Source of the DNA: Eledone cirrhosa
Taxonomy: Eukaryota
Length of the DNA stretch: 64,000 nucleotides
NCBI GenBank assembly: GCA_964016885.1
Contig: OZ024741.1
Span: 35,712,001 to 35,776,000 of the forward strand
Reading direction: 5' to 3'
The notes beneath the pieces are model-generated. The model searched no databases. It worked only from the letters and a program-made list of their open reading frames with translations, and was not told the DNA's origin. The position numbers and the translations under genes were made by a program. Shown piece by piece: positions 50,323-62,703 of the stretch (its first letter is position 1; each line of letters starts with the position of its first letter).

Positions 50323-52755
50323 CAAAGGTTCTCAACGGGGGGCATATGCACCCCCGGGGGGCATTTGGGAACTCCAGGGGGAGGCGTTTGGGAGCAAGGT
50401 CCCGTTAGGGGGGTGATGGAAGGCTCTTTACTTTGGTAAGTTTTATAAGCCATATTTGTATGTCTTTGAGACAGCCAGTGTGAATGCATTTGAATGAGCT
50501 TGCAGACAGCATAACTATGGTATGACCGCAGCTGCGAGCAGGTGTACAGGCGTGTCCGGTAATTGAGACATTAACCAGTAATTGAGATCCTAAAAATGGA
50601 AAAACCCACAGTCCACTGGGTCAAGGATACTTTGAGTGCAGCCAGTTAGAATCTTATCTTTCCTTCACCGATAACAATGTATTTCATGTCTGAAATTATT
50701 GACTCAACCGTAATGAGTTAACACTATGTAGATCTATTTTATTCCCTAATGTATAAATAATATTACAAATAAAAAAAAAGAAAAGAAAAAAACAGAAGCG
50801 GGTAGCACACACATCTAGGACTAGGACTACATACAACACATAATCAGATAATACACACATCTAGGACCACATACAACACACAGGCAGGTAATACATACAT
50901 CTAGGACCACATACAACAGATAAGCAGGTAATACAAACATCTAGGACCACATACAACACATAATCAGGTAATACACACATCTAGGACTACATACAACACA
51001 CAGGCAGGTAATACATACATCTAGGACCACATACAATACACATTGTATCATGTGCTACAGACGACGCAGGAGCAATGGTCGGCCTACATAAGGGCTTCGT
51101 CACTCTTCTGAAGAGAGAAAATCTATCTGTATTTGCTGTTCATTGTGTCATTCATCGACAACACTTGGCTGCGAACTCAGGAAGCCGCTAAGCAAGTCCT
51201 TGCAGGTGGCCATTGATGGCATCAATTTTATCAAACGGCATTCCCTCAATGAACAAATTTTCCGGCAACTGTGCCAAGATAATGACGAAGAATTCGTCAA
51301 GTTGCTCCTTCATACTGAGGTGAGGTGGCTTTCAAAGGGCAAGTGCTTTACTCACTTCTTTGAATTCTTCGACTCTATCATTGAGTTTCTGCGAGGACGC
51401 AACACAGAACTGTACGAGAAAACCCTCGATGTGAGGCAAGATTGCGCCTACCTCACCAACATCTTCGACAAATGCAATAGCGTCATTTTGGCTTTGCAGG
51501 GGAAGAAGATCACCTTGCTTAAAGCAAGAAATGCTGTGAAAACATTCCTGGCCAAATTGAATGTCATCGAAAGGAATCTTTGTTGACGGGAATTCTATAA
51601 TTTTCCTAGTGTCACCAATGTTCAAAACATTGTAAGCAATGACCAACTCCAAATTTATACCACTCACCTCCGTTCACTACAAGACAACATGAGAGAACGG
51701 TTTGTTGACCTTTTGCCGATGGACATCCCAATGTGGATAGCATATCCCTTCATAGCTACCGTCGATGATTTGGACGTTAAATTTCAAAAAGAATTCATTG
51801 AACTCAAGCAGATGACATGATTAAAATTAGATTTCCCAAAATAGGTGAACTCCTTTTTGGGATGCAAGAGGAAATTCAGCGTTAATTTCCAAACCTACAT
51901 GCAGAGGCTAAGAGATTTGCTCTGCCTTTTCCAAGCTCATACTTAGTCAAGAGGAGGTTTGGTGCTGTTTCCAGACTGCACAGTAAGGCTTGCAACCGCT
52001 ACAATGTAATTACACGTGGAGATCTCCGGCTACATCTTAGGAAAATCCAGCCTGACGTCAAAGAGTTAGCTAGACTCCATGAAGCTCAAGGGTCCCATTG
52101 AAATGAGGTCAAAGTTAAAGTAAGTTAATTTATCCGAAAACTTGGATATGCTATTGTTACAAAGCAAACTAACAATTTTTTTATTTGTAGTTGCAGTCTG
52201 ACTGGACTGGAAACCATCTACTGCAATTCACTTACTCGTTTGTTGTATATATTTTACCATTTACCCTCCCGCATGGTCATGAAAACTCTCTTCCATGGTC
52301 TCTAAGCTCACAAAGCAGAAGGGACATCAAGTTAGATATAAACATTTATTCTGTCCATTTCATTAAAGGGAAAATTGAAAGCCTTGAAATGATATAATTG
52401 CCACTTTCTTCCAGATAAGAGCACTCTTGGGATAGATAGAATTGCTCTTGTATAAATGTTCAAAATAGCCGGTATCGCCTGGTGGAAATATAACAAATTC
52501 AACTGGTCCTTATTCATAAAAAAGAACATTTATGTTCCTTTTTTTTTTTTAAATTTATATATTTCCTTTCAAGGAATGTATTTATACCCTCAGCTGCCTG
52601 TGATGGTATCTTTGGAATATTGTTAATCAATTTTTTAGTAATCTACTGATATCAAAATTAGTAGTATATTGAAAAATGGAAAAATAGGGTAGGGGCGTTT
52701 CGTGATTTCGAGGGACAAAAGGGGGCGTTTGGCCTAAATGGGTTGAGAACCTGTG
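50323..52755 (+). mobile_element. hAT (Charlie/Buster-type) transposon, decayed
   Basis: TIRs CAAAGGTTCTCAAC / GTTGAGAACCTGTG; 8-bp TSD CTCTAGAG (50315-22, 52756-63). Transposase remnants CATDDAGAM, HCVIHRQHL, LLLHTEVRWLSKG, PFPSSYLV, RGDLRL..QGSH* (~51045-52101). Confidence 0.93.
50808..51042. repeat. 40-bp minisatellite inside the hAT element (about 6 copies)
   Basis: CTAGGAC at 50821, 50861, 50901, 50941, 50981 and 51021. Confidence 0.92.
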
Positions 52756-53369
52756 CTCTAGAGCAAAGGTTCTTAACCCATTTCGGCCAAACACCTCCTT
52801 TTGCCCCTCAAAATCACGAAACGTCCCCTACCCTATTTTTCCATTTTTCAATATACTACTGATTTTAATATCAGTAGATTACTGAACTAAATCAAGTTAT
52901 GTTAGAATATTTAAAAAGATCTTTAAAAAATACTCATACGAATTAAATACAAAAAAGTTTCAGTCCAAAACAAAAGCAAGCTATTTCAAATTATATATTA
53001 TTAAAAAAAAGATGTGAATGTTCTCAAAGATTTGATCTCAGTCGAAAAAGCTTTTTTTTTTAAATTCTATATTTCACTGTTAGCTGTTGTAATATTTTGA
53101 GTGGATAGACAATTCTACAATTTAAACTGTAAAGTCAAAATACAAAGGATGCAAAATATGAAGAATTTCTTACCTTTCTCTTGAATCACAAACTCAAGGG
53201 AAAAATAGTACCTTGCAAAATAAAGTGCCTCGATCACAAATTAAATTGCAACGAATGAATTGAGATGCTTGGTGACAGTGAACAAACAATATCTGTATCC
53301 CTTATATATATATACATAGATAGATACACACATACATACATGCACACACACACACACAAACAAACAAAC

Positions 53370-53403
<34 letters not shown>

Positions 53404-53618
53404 CTTGTTTTTGGTACAGAAAGAATTTTGTCTCCAGTTTTTATTGCCGGGTCAAAGGCCACTGCTCTTTTCAATGTCAAATAACAACGCCATAGGTGTG
53501 TGTGTGTGTATGTTTGTTACACGTCTATCTATCTATCTCTGCAACAGGGGGCTGAAACTACTTTTCTATGGCCCGTGGTAGAACCAATATTTCAGATTCC
53601 ATTATAACTGGTGAAAAT

Positions 53619-53837
53619 AAGGTGGTGACCTGGTGGAATCGTTAGCACATCTGGCGAAATGCTTAACAGTACTTCTTCCGTTTTTACGTTCCGAGTTCAA
53701 ATTCCGCCGATCTCAACTTTGCCTTTCATCCTTTTGGGGTCGATAAATTAAGTACCAGTTGTGAACTGGGATCAATGTAATCGACGGGACCCTAAACCCT
53801 AAATTTCATGCCTTTTGCCTATAGTAGGAATGATTAT
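53619..53837 (+). mobile_element. Family-A-related SINE with TSD
   Basis: B box GAGTTCAAATTCC, family-A core, TSD ATTA(T/A)ACTGGTGAAAAT. Confidence 0.85.
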
Positions 53838-54212
53838 TACTGGTGAAAATCATCACCCACCACCACATTTGGCCCACTGTGCCTCTCCTACAGGACATAA
53901 TGGCCCTTTTATGACCTTCAGTTTGAGACCCTCTTCTACACACACACACATATATATACACTTTACTTTTTTTCTGTCTCTGGACTACGCCCATGCTGGA
54001 GTATCACCTTTGTAAGTTATGGGGACATCAACAAACCAACAAGCATTGGTGGGAGCGCAAACACAAACGCAAAGACACACACAGACATATATACAATGCG
54101 CTTCTTTTAGTTTCGGTCTATCAAATTCACTCACAGGGCTTTGGTCGGCCCGGGCAGTGGGACTGAATTTAGAAACAAGTGGTTGGGAAGCAAACTTCTT
54201 GTCACACTGCGC

Positions 54213-54244
<32 letters not shown>

Positions 54245-54467
54245 TATCAAATTAACAATGAAAATAAAAAGAACAAAGTCAAGTTACTTTATAACTTTGT
54301 TTTTATTTTATTGTTTTTATTTTTATTGTTAATTTAATACCTAATATCTGACTCTGTATCTAAAGAATTAATTCAGTAAAACACAGAACTTCTCTATGGA
54401 TTTTACAAGATTACATTGAGTTCTATCCAGAGGTAGACCAGAGTGAAAAAAGAAAATATATATATAT

Positions 54468-54848
54468 GAAGGCACATGGCTTAGAGGTTAGAGCATTGGG
54501 CTTGCAATCGAAAAGTTGTGAGTTCAATTCTCAGACCGAGTGATGTGTTGTTTCCTTGAGCAAGACACTTTATTTCACATTTGCTCCAGTTTACTCAGCT
54601 GTAGAAATGAGATGATTGGACTGGGGTCCCTATCATTCCACTGCAAAGTGGTCGTGGAGGTGCCACGGCAAAAAAGCACCCAGTCCACACTGTAAAGTGG
54701 ACGTGTAGGCGCCATTGAAAAAAAGCACCCAGCACTCACTGTAAATGAGGTTGGTGTTAGGAAGGGCATCCAGCTATAGAAATCAAGCCAGAATCAGTTC
54801 CCGTCCCACCCTTGCAAGCAGGGAAAAGTGGGCGTAAAATGATGATGA
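54468..54848 (+). mobile_element. Family-B SINE with RTE-derived tail
   Basis: A box TGGCTTAGAGG, B box GAGTTCAATTC. 3' half matches the RTE 3' UTR at 23833-23983; ends (ATG)n. Confidence 0.88.
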
Positions 54849-55729
54849 AATGATATGTGTGTCTGTGTGTGTGTATAACATATATATATATATATATATA
54901 TATATAAATCTACATTCATACATACATACATATATACATACATACATTTACCTATGTATATAGCTATGCATTTATACATTTGTATATATACGTGCATTTA
55001 TATTTAAGTATGTAAGGATGTTGACATGATTTATGTTTTTTTTTTGTAAGGAGAGAATTTTGACTCCAGATTTTATTACCTAGAGAGATTAAATACCACA
55101 GCTCTGGCTGAAAGCTGACCAGGTTCTCAACCTCATCAAACATCAACGCTGGCCTGTGTGTGTATATATGTATGTACGGATGCATGTGTGTGTATGATTG
55201 TATGTATGTATATGTACACACCCACACCTTTCATCACCGTTGCTTCTTTTTCTTGTCATTTCTGTTGTTCTTGTAACTGTTCACAAAGTTGAAGTTGTCC
55301 TTATTTTCATTTTTCTTTTATCTCCCTAGGGAATTCGTTGACAAGCTTCTTTTATTTATTTTCGTTTTCTTCATTCAAATGCATTCACACTGGCTTTCTA
55401 AGAGACGTACAAATATGACTTATAAAACTTACCTAAGTAAATAGCCTTCCAGTGCCCCCCTAGCACCTCCCAAAGCTTCAAACGCCCCCCTGGAGCTCCG
55501 AAACGCCTCCTGGGGAGGGGGGAGGGCATATGCTCCCCTGTTGAGAACCTTTTCTCTAGAGTAACTCTATAGTTTGCTTTAGATATTATAGCCAAAGCCA
55601 TGCTTTCTTTACTGAACATTTGTTCTATCTCTGCTACTTTTAAATGTTCATGCATTATTATGCCAGGATGACACAAGAACATGTAGTCCATTACCAGTGG
55701 ATCACAATTTTGGTTCTCACTTTACAGGG

Positions 55730-56410
55730 TGAGCTGGGTGTATTTTATTGTAGGGTCATAGTGATATGAAGTTGGATTCCAACTTAACCCTAAAGTCCTC
55801 CCACGTCTTAATCTTGGCAGCCTTTCTTGTCTCTGCTGCGACTTTTCACACCTGCTTGTACTGCATGTGAAAGGAGGACTTACTTCCAAGCCAAGCTTTG
55901 TAAGCCTCCTTTTTTGCTTGGATGGCATCTTTGACCATTTGAATGGAGTGATAATCATGCCAATTTTCAAAATGGGAGACAATTGCTTCAATTATAGAGG
56001 GATCTCCTTGTTAATCCTCCCCAGTAAAGCCTATGCTAAGAGATGTAGGGATATTGTCGAGTCGAAGCTAGCTGATAAATAGTGTGGTTTTTGCTCTGGA
56101 TATGGCACAAATGACCAAATATTCACACTGCAGCAGGTCTTTGAGAAATCATGAGAGTATTGCTAAGAGGTGTATGCATATTTTGTAACCCTCAAAAAGG
56201 TATATGATTGCTTTTCATGAGGCCTGTTGTGGAAGGTTCTGCATGAGTATGGGATCGATGGACAGCTTTTTGTTTCCTTGATATCTTTATATGAATGCCC
56301 TAGTATGTGTGTTTGGATAAATGGTACTAAGTCAAAACAATTCAAGGCGAGTGCTGGTTTTTGCCAAAGGTGTGTACTGTCACCTCCTGTTCATAATCTT
56401 CATGGAGAGG
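55730..56410 (+). mobile_element. Old RTE-like LINE RT fragment with an inverted 5' piece
   Basis: PIFKMGD..NYRGISLL, *CGF...DQIFTLQQ, LWKVLHEYGI on +. 55730-55865 reads KAAKIKTWEDFRVKLESNF on the minus strand. Confidence 0.65.
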
Positions 56411-56619
56411 ATTGGAAGATGGTTGGATAGCATCCATGAGCTCAGCTGGTTTTGCTAGGGGATCCAGCCAGATCCATTGAAGATGGTTACTTCTAACAGG
56501 GCCCACTAGAAGATGCGTTTGAGAACTTTGACCCCGTGTCCCTCCTAAGAATAAGTTGGAAAAAAAGGAGGAGAAATCATGTTAGTGCCACAATAAAATA
56601 CCTAGTGAACTCTTTAAAG

Positions 56620-57030
56620 TCGCAGCACTGGTGCCATGATAAAAAACACCCATTCCACCCTGTAAGCTCGTAGTGCTGATACCACAATGAAAAGCACCCA
56701 GTCCACACTGTAAGGTGATAATGCTAGTGTCATGATGAAAAGCACTCAGTTTGCACTGTAAAGTGCTGGTGCCACAATAAAAAAATCCACCTATTCCACC
56801 TTGTAAATTGATAGTGCTGGTACCACGATAAAAAACTTCTAGCACAAATTGTAAAGTGGTTGGCATTGGGAAGGGCATCCAGCCATAAAAACCAAGCCAA
56901 AATTAGTACATATGAGCAGGGTGAGTTCATCTGACTGGTCAAACCTCAGAACAGGACAACTTGTTTAACACATGAAAGCAAGGAAAATAGATGTTATAAA
57001 ATGATGATGATGATAATGATGATGATAATG
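56620..57030 (+). mobile_element. RTE-tail element with expanded ~40-bp subrepeats
   Basis: About 6 copies of GCTGGTGCCA..A.AAAAGCACCCAGTCCACACTGTAA, then TTGGCATTGGGAAGGGCATCCAGC and (GAT)n. Confidence 0.7.
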
Positions 57031-59339
57031 ATATCATCTATCTACATTTATACATATGTACATATTTTCAGGATTGAATTGAACTCAGAAAGTGTTTTTT
57101 TTATTATATTTAGTCAGGGAGTAAGGCAATGGATTGGCAGTATCGATAGAGCATTGGACAACATGCTTTATAGCATAGGGTTATGCCCCTTTATGATCAG
57201 AGTTCAAATCCTGCCACGGTTAACTTTGCCTTTCGTCCTTACGGGGTCGTCAAATGGATAAAGTATCAGTGATGCACTGGGGTCAAACAGAGTAGACTCT
57301 ACTAAAGGTTCTCAAAGACCATGTGGGGGTGTTAAACTAGGCAACAGATTAAATTAACCACCCAAATAGAAATAGATTACAGTATGATTTGAATTAAGAA
57401 CACAAAGAACTGGAACAAATACCATAAGGTATATTGTCTGATACTCTAACAATTCTGCCAATCTACAGATCTACTATTCCAATATGACCAAACACAAACA
57501 ATACAGATAAAGCTAATATGGTTTATGACCATATCTAAGATTAACAGACCATCAGTGCAGAGTATCTGGCTCACTCTATTTTAGTCTAGGATTTGATTAA
57601 ATCCCTCGAAATATTTAATTATGGTAATGAAGAAGTTAACTAAGATTCATAGAACAAATTAGTAAGCTGACATTTAAAACATTTCTTAACCCTTTAGCAT
57701 TTAAACCAGCCATATCCAGTCAGTATTCTCTTACCTCTTTCTGTTCAAACTGATAAGGTATTATTCTCAAAATAAATAATATCAAAACCTCATAGATTCG
57801 ATATTATGTTAGATAATTATGTGACATAAAGCCCTTACCGATAAAATATAATAGTATATATAGATTAACATAAATAATAAGATTATGGTGGAAGGATATA
57901 AGCAAAACACATTCTAAACAGGTCAGATTTGTAACATAAATTCTCAGTTACCTGCAACAGATCAGCAACGATTCAATGCTGTATTCTACTTCTCTGTTCT
58001 GCTGTATCACCCACTTGTATTATTCTAAAGTACCAGTAATATAATGGGTTTGAACCAAACAACTAACTTCTATCTTTTTGCTTAATTAATAGGAAATACT
58101 ACCACCTTCACAATATACTTCATTATCACTCTTAATTTTTTTTCTTATTTCCAACTAGGTGCCAAATAGAATAGGAAGAAATTTTATTTTATTTTCAAGA
58201 ATAAAATATGAAAAAAATTGAAAAAACTAAATTTTTGTTTGCATAATTCTCTCTCTCTCCAATAAAAAAGTTGAAAGTGAGCAGAGTTATTAGCAGAACA
58301 ATCATAGTAAACATGTGACTACTGTTAACTGTCACATTATGCTAAGTGGAACATATGGGTTGTCAATGAGTTTGTTGATTTGGCAACCATTTCTTGAAAT
58401 GTTCTAAACATTTAAAATGATATCTGATCAAAGTTTGATAAAAATAAAAATAAAATAAAGTCCTTTATATAACAATTACTGGTGCCAAATGGGTGATTTT
58501 TGCTGGAGAACTACAACTTTAATGTTACAAATATAAGAAAAGTGGGGTTTGTACATACTGATGTTTCTTTTATTATTATTATTTTATTTTCCGCTTGTAC
58601 TTTTAGAGACGCTTTAAGAATAAAGCACAATCACTCTGTGATGAGTATGAAGGCAAACACTACCATGACATCATTTGACATCAGGGTCTCCATGACATCA
58701 TGTGACATCAGGGTTTCCAAGACGTCATCAATCGACTTCTTCCCAGGTCGGTCTCTGACCTAGAAACCAGACATCCTTTAGAATTTCTGAACAACTAGTA
58801 GGAACATCATCCAGAAGAAATTTTTTTCTTAGCACATATATGTGGCTGGCAAATTGGCAGAGTTATTAGGACATCTGATAGAATACTTTACAATGATCAT
58901 TCTGGCTGTGCTACCTGAGTTCAAATCCCACCAAGGTCAACTCTGCCATTTACCCTTTCAAGGTCCATAAAAAAATACCAGTCTCTCTACCTGTTTCCCA
59001 CTTCTTTATCTCTATTTCTCCTTATCTGGAAAAAAATCAGCGGTGTTCACACCAGGAGAAGAATTGGCTCCACCGGGGTTAAAGTGCCCAAGACACACCA
59101 CATGTCATGATGGTGTACCTACAACTCTACCAGGAGTTACGTGTGCATACACACATATATAAATATATACACACACAGAGTTTTCATAATGGTCAAGGGG
59201 TTCCTACAGATAGCTAAGTTAGCCACCCTACTACTGTGCACAGTACCAACATGACAATCGGTTTTTATTCAAAGTGACAGCTCTCCTAGACAGGTTTCCT
59301 ACACTACATTTTTCATTCTTATTACATACTTATTTCATT

Positions 59340-59340
<1 letters not shown>

Positions 59341-59422
<82 letters not shown>
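59341..59422. repeat. (GA)n microsatellite
   Basis: About 40 GA units. Confidence 0.97.
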
Positions 59423-61224
59423 TAACTAGCTAGTGAATTGCTTATAAAAGGGAAGACTACATTTTGGTCAGGACAATATTTTGAAACTGCAATTTAATTT
59501 CTCACTTGAGTCTAATACCATGTGATAGGTAATTTCTCATAGCTGACATGTTCACATAGCAGCAACAGCAGCAGTAGCAGCAGCAGTAGCAGCAGCACTG
59601 TATTAAGTCAACTGCAAATACTGAACAAGGAGGGCAGATAGGACAGACAGACCAACAGACATTGTTGACTCTTCAGTTGTGTAAAAAACCTGACACCTTC
59701 CCCAGTGTTGGTGTTCTACATAATACATGCACTCAGTACACTCTGTATAGTGGTTGGTGATAGGAAGGGCATCCAGCCATAGAAAACCTGCCAAAAAGAA
59801 TATATATAGTGGGGAGGGCTCTTCAGCTGTATCAAAGTTATAACAGCCTCCCTAGTGTTGGCACCATGGTAATATATGCTTGGTAGAGCTGAGAAATTTA
59901 TGTGAGCGAGATACAAGCCCCCAGCCCATCCAAAATGTAACATTCCTTGAATACTGGCTTGGTTTGTGAAGACCTGTCCATTAAATGATGATGATGATGT
60001 TTGTTAGAATGGTGGATGGCTGATCTTTGCAGTATTTAGTTTTGTACCTTTACATTCTGAGTTCGAATCAGGTTAACTATGCCTGACATCCTTCCAGTGT
60101 TGATAAAAGAAACTTCTTGCCAAGTACTGTGGTTGTGGTGGTGGTAGCAGCAGTAGTGGTGATGATGGTAGTAGTAGTAGTGGTGTTGGTGGTGGTGATG
60201 GTGGTAGTAGTAGTAGCAGTGGCCCAAATGGTAGAAAATCAAACAAGGGAAGGGCTAACCAAATTGGTCAATATCAACCCTCAGGGGTCAATTGAACCTT
60301 TTGACCAAAATCTGATATTTGTATTAGAAATGAAAATGCATAATACAATAAAATACTACTTGCTTGTACAGGTTTTTTATTTATATATAACTAGGAGAGA
60401 TATTCAGTAATGCCAGAATATTTTATGGAAGTAATAATGTATTTTAACTCAAATTACAAAATATTTGTCCAATAAAATAGGATCAGTGTGTAGAACTTGC
60501 CTGGGGTTAATGAAGGGTTAATAGTCTGAAAGGTTTGGGGAGCTTTGGGCTAGAAGAGGTTTTACGACATCTTGGATAAAGTTTGCAAGTGCTAGTGTAT
60601 TTGTGGATAGGGCCATTAGGACTATTTAGTTCAGAAATAAAAGTTCCAATTTTGAATACAGGTCAGAGTCAGGTATACATCAAGGTGTTTACCTAAAGAT
60701 GACTAGAGATCAAACCATTGGAAACATTGTAGAAATGAATATTATAAATAAAGATGAAATGATTATAGTCTGGAAAATCAAAATCTTTATGACATCTTGT
60801 CTGATATTTGAGAGTTCAACTGTAAATAAACGATAACTACTGCATAGAATAAAAAAGGGCACCAAATTGTGGTATCAGATCTTCTATATCCTTTTCAACT
60901 GAGGAGCTATATAACAAGAGCAACTCTCCAAAATTGCCTGAAATGGCCCTTGGTTCTACAAGACAAAGCTGGTTATTTTAAAGAGTTTACATTTATATTT
61001 AAAACTTTCATCATAATTTTAGGTAAGAAAACTGTTCTGTCTCAAACACTAGCCTAATTATCTAAACTCTTTCCATCATATTTCTATGTAAGAACCTTGT
61101 TTTAAATTATGTTCCAAATACTAACTTAAAAATGAAGAAGTTAATTATATTACTAAACCCTTCTAAATTCTTGATTATTTTTGAAATCATTTTAAAATCA
61201 TATTTCCAATCTTTCATTAGAAAT

Positions 61225-62117
61225 ATGGTAACATTTGAGTTAATAATTTAACCCTACAGACTCATCTCATCTCGGAGCCATGGAAACAATTGAGTTAATA
61301 ATTTAACCCTAACAACTCATCTCATCTCAAAACCATGGTAATAATTGTGTTAATAATCTAACCCTAACAACTCAGCTCATCCCAGAGCCATGGTAACAAC
61401 TGAGTTAATTTAACACTACCAACTCAGCTCATCCCAGAGCCATGGTAACAACTGAGTTAATTTAACACTACCAACTCAGCTCATCTCAGAGCCATGTAAC
61501 AACTGAGTTAATTTAACACTACCAACTCAGCTCATCTCAGAGCCATGTAACAACTGAGTTAATTTAACACTACCAACTCAGCTCATCTCAGAGCCATGGT
61601 AACAACTGAGTTAATTTAACACTACCAACTCAGCTCATCTCAGAGCCATGGTAACAACTGAGTTAATTTAACACTACCAACTCAGCTCATCTCAGAGCCA
61701 TGGTAACAACTGAGTTAATTTAACACTACCAACTCAGCTCATCCCAGAGCCATGGTAACAACTGAGTTAATTTAACACTACCAACTCAGCTCATCCCAGA
61801 GCCATGGTAACAACTGAGTTAATTTAACACTACCAACTCAGCTCATCTCAGAGCCATGGTAACAACTGAGTTAATTTAACACTACCAACTCAGCTCATCC
61901 CAGAGCCATGGTAACAACTGAGTTAATTTAACACTACCAACTCAGCTCATCTCAGAGCCATGGTAACAACTGAGTTAATTTAACACTACCAACTCAGCTC
62001 ATCTCAGAGCCATGGTAACAACTGAGTTAATTTAACACTACCAACTCAGCTCATCTCAGAGCCATGGTAACAACTGAGTTAATTTAACACTACCAACTCA
62101 GCTCATCTCAGAGCCAT
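61225..62117. repeat. 52-bp minisatellite (about 17 copies) with internal hairpin
   Basis: Unit CCATGGTAACAACTGAGTTAATTTAACACTACCAACTCAGCTCATCTCAGAG, containing CTGAGTT-N14-AACTCAG. The first three units are diverged (~55 bp). Confidence 0.97.
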
Positions 62118-62703
62118 AAAAACAAAATAACATAAAATAAATTAAAATGAGAAAATGTTTGTGTTATTGTTGATATTTGTTAGTAAGTGTTTAAAGTATG
62201 TTAAGAAGAAGAAAAAAATGAACCACAACAGGAGGAGGCGAGTCATCAGCAGTCTAGTGAGCATTTCCTCCACTTTTACAAAAAAAAACTTGATAACATC
62301 TCTGCCTGCTAGTGAAATTAATGAGTCTCTTGTGGACTGCCTGGATGACTGACTGCTCACAACAACAAAAACATTCAGCTTTTTTTTTTAGTATTATTAT
62401 TATTTTACTGGTTTCAGTTATGGGAATTATTTTATTGATCCCTTTTTCTTCAACTGCTAAGTTACACAAACACAAATCAAAAGGGAACTTGGGCCCTACT
62501 GACCCTGACCCTATTCATTTTAAAAAGAGCATGACAATGCAATGGATGGTGCAATGTGTAGAGAAGAGTGGTGGTTGTGTGGGGTCCCTGACCCTCAACT
62601 GGAATAGGATTTATTCATTCATATATAATTGATATGGGATGCTTAAAGCATCCGTAAGCGGTATGCTGTTTGAGCACTCGATGCTCTTACAGAGCAGAGT
62701 AGG

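Larger units (their letters stand above)
52764..55553 (-). mobile_element. Second hAT element of the same family, inverted, non-coding interior
   Basis: 52764-52883 is the reverse complement of the first element's right end; ~55372-55553 is the reverse complement of its left end. Flanked by CTCTAGAG at 52756-63 and 55554-61. Confidence 0.8.

Noticed and set aside
51045-52101. Domesticated ZBED/SCAND3-like host gene
   Set aside because: Frameshifts and stops, and it is enclosed by TIRs and a TSD, so it is a dead transposon.
53168-53215. Candidate upstream PDE9 exon (strong GTAAGA donor on the minus strand)
   Set aside because: The frame needed to join the phase-0 exon at 49511 contains a TGA, and there is no recognisable similarity.
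11511-57285. tRNA genes
   Set aside because: The A and B boxes belong to SINE heads; no complete cloverleaf is evident.
57948-58027. Candidate minus-strand exon
   Set aside because: Stop codons in all three frames.
61225-62117. CRISPR array or tandem hammerhead (minus strand CTGAGATGA plus stem)
   Set aside because: Loops are identical rather than unique spacers. There is no GAAA after the stem, and the core spacing is wrong.
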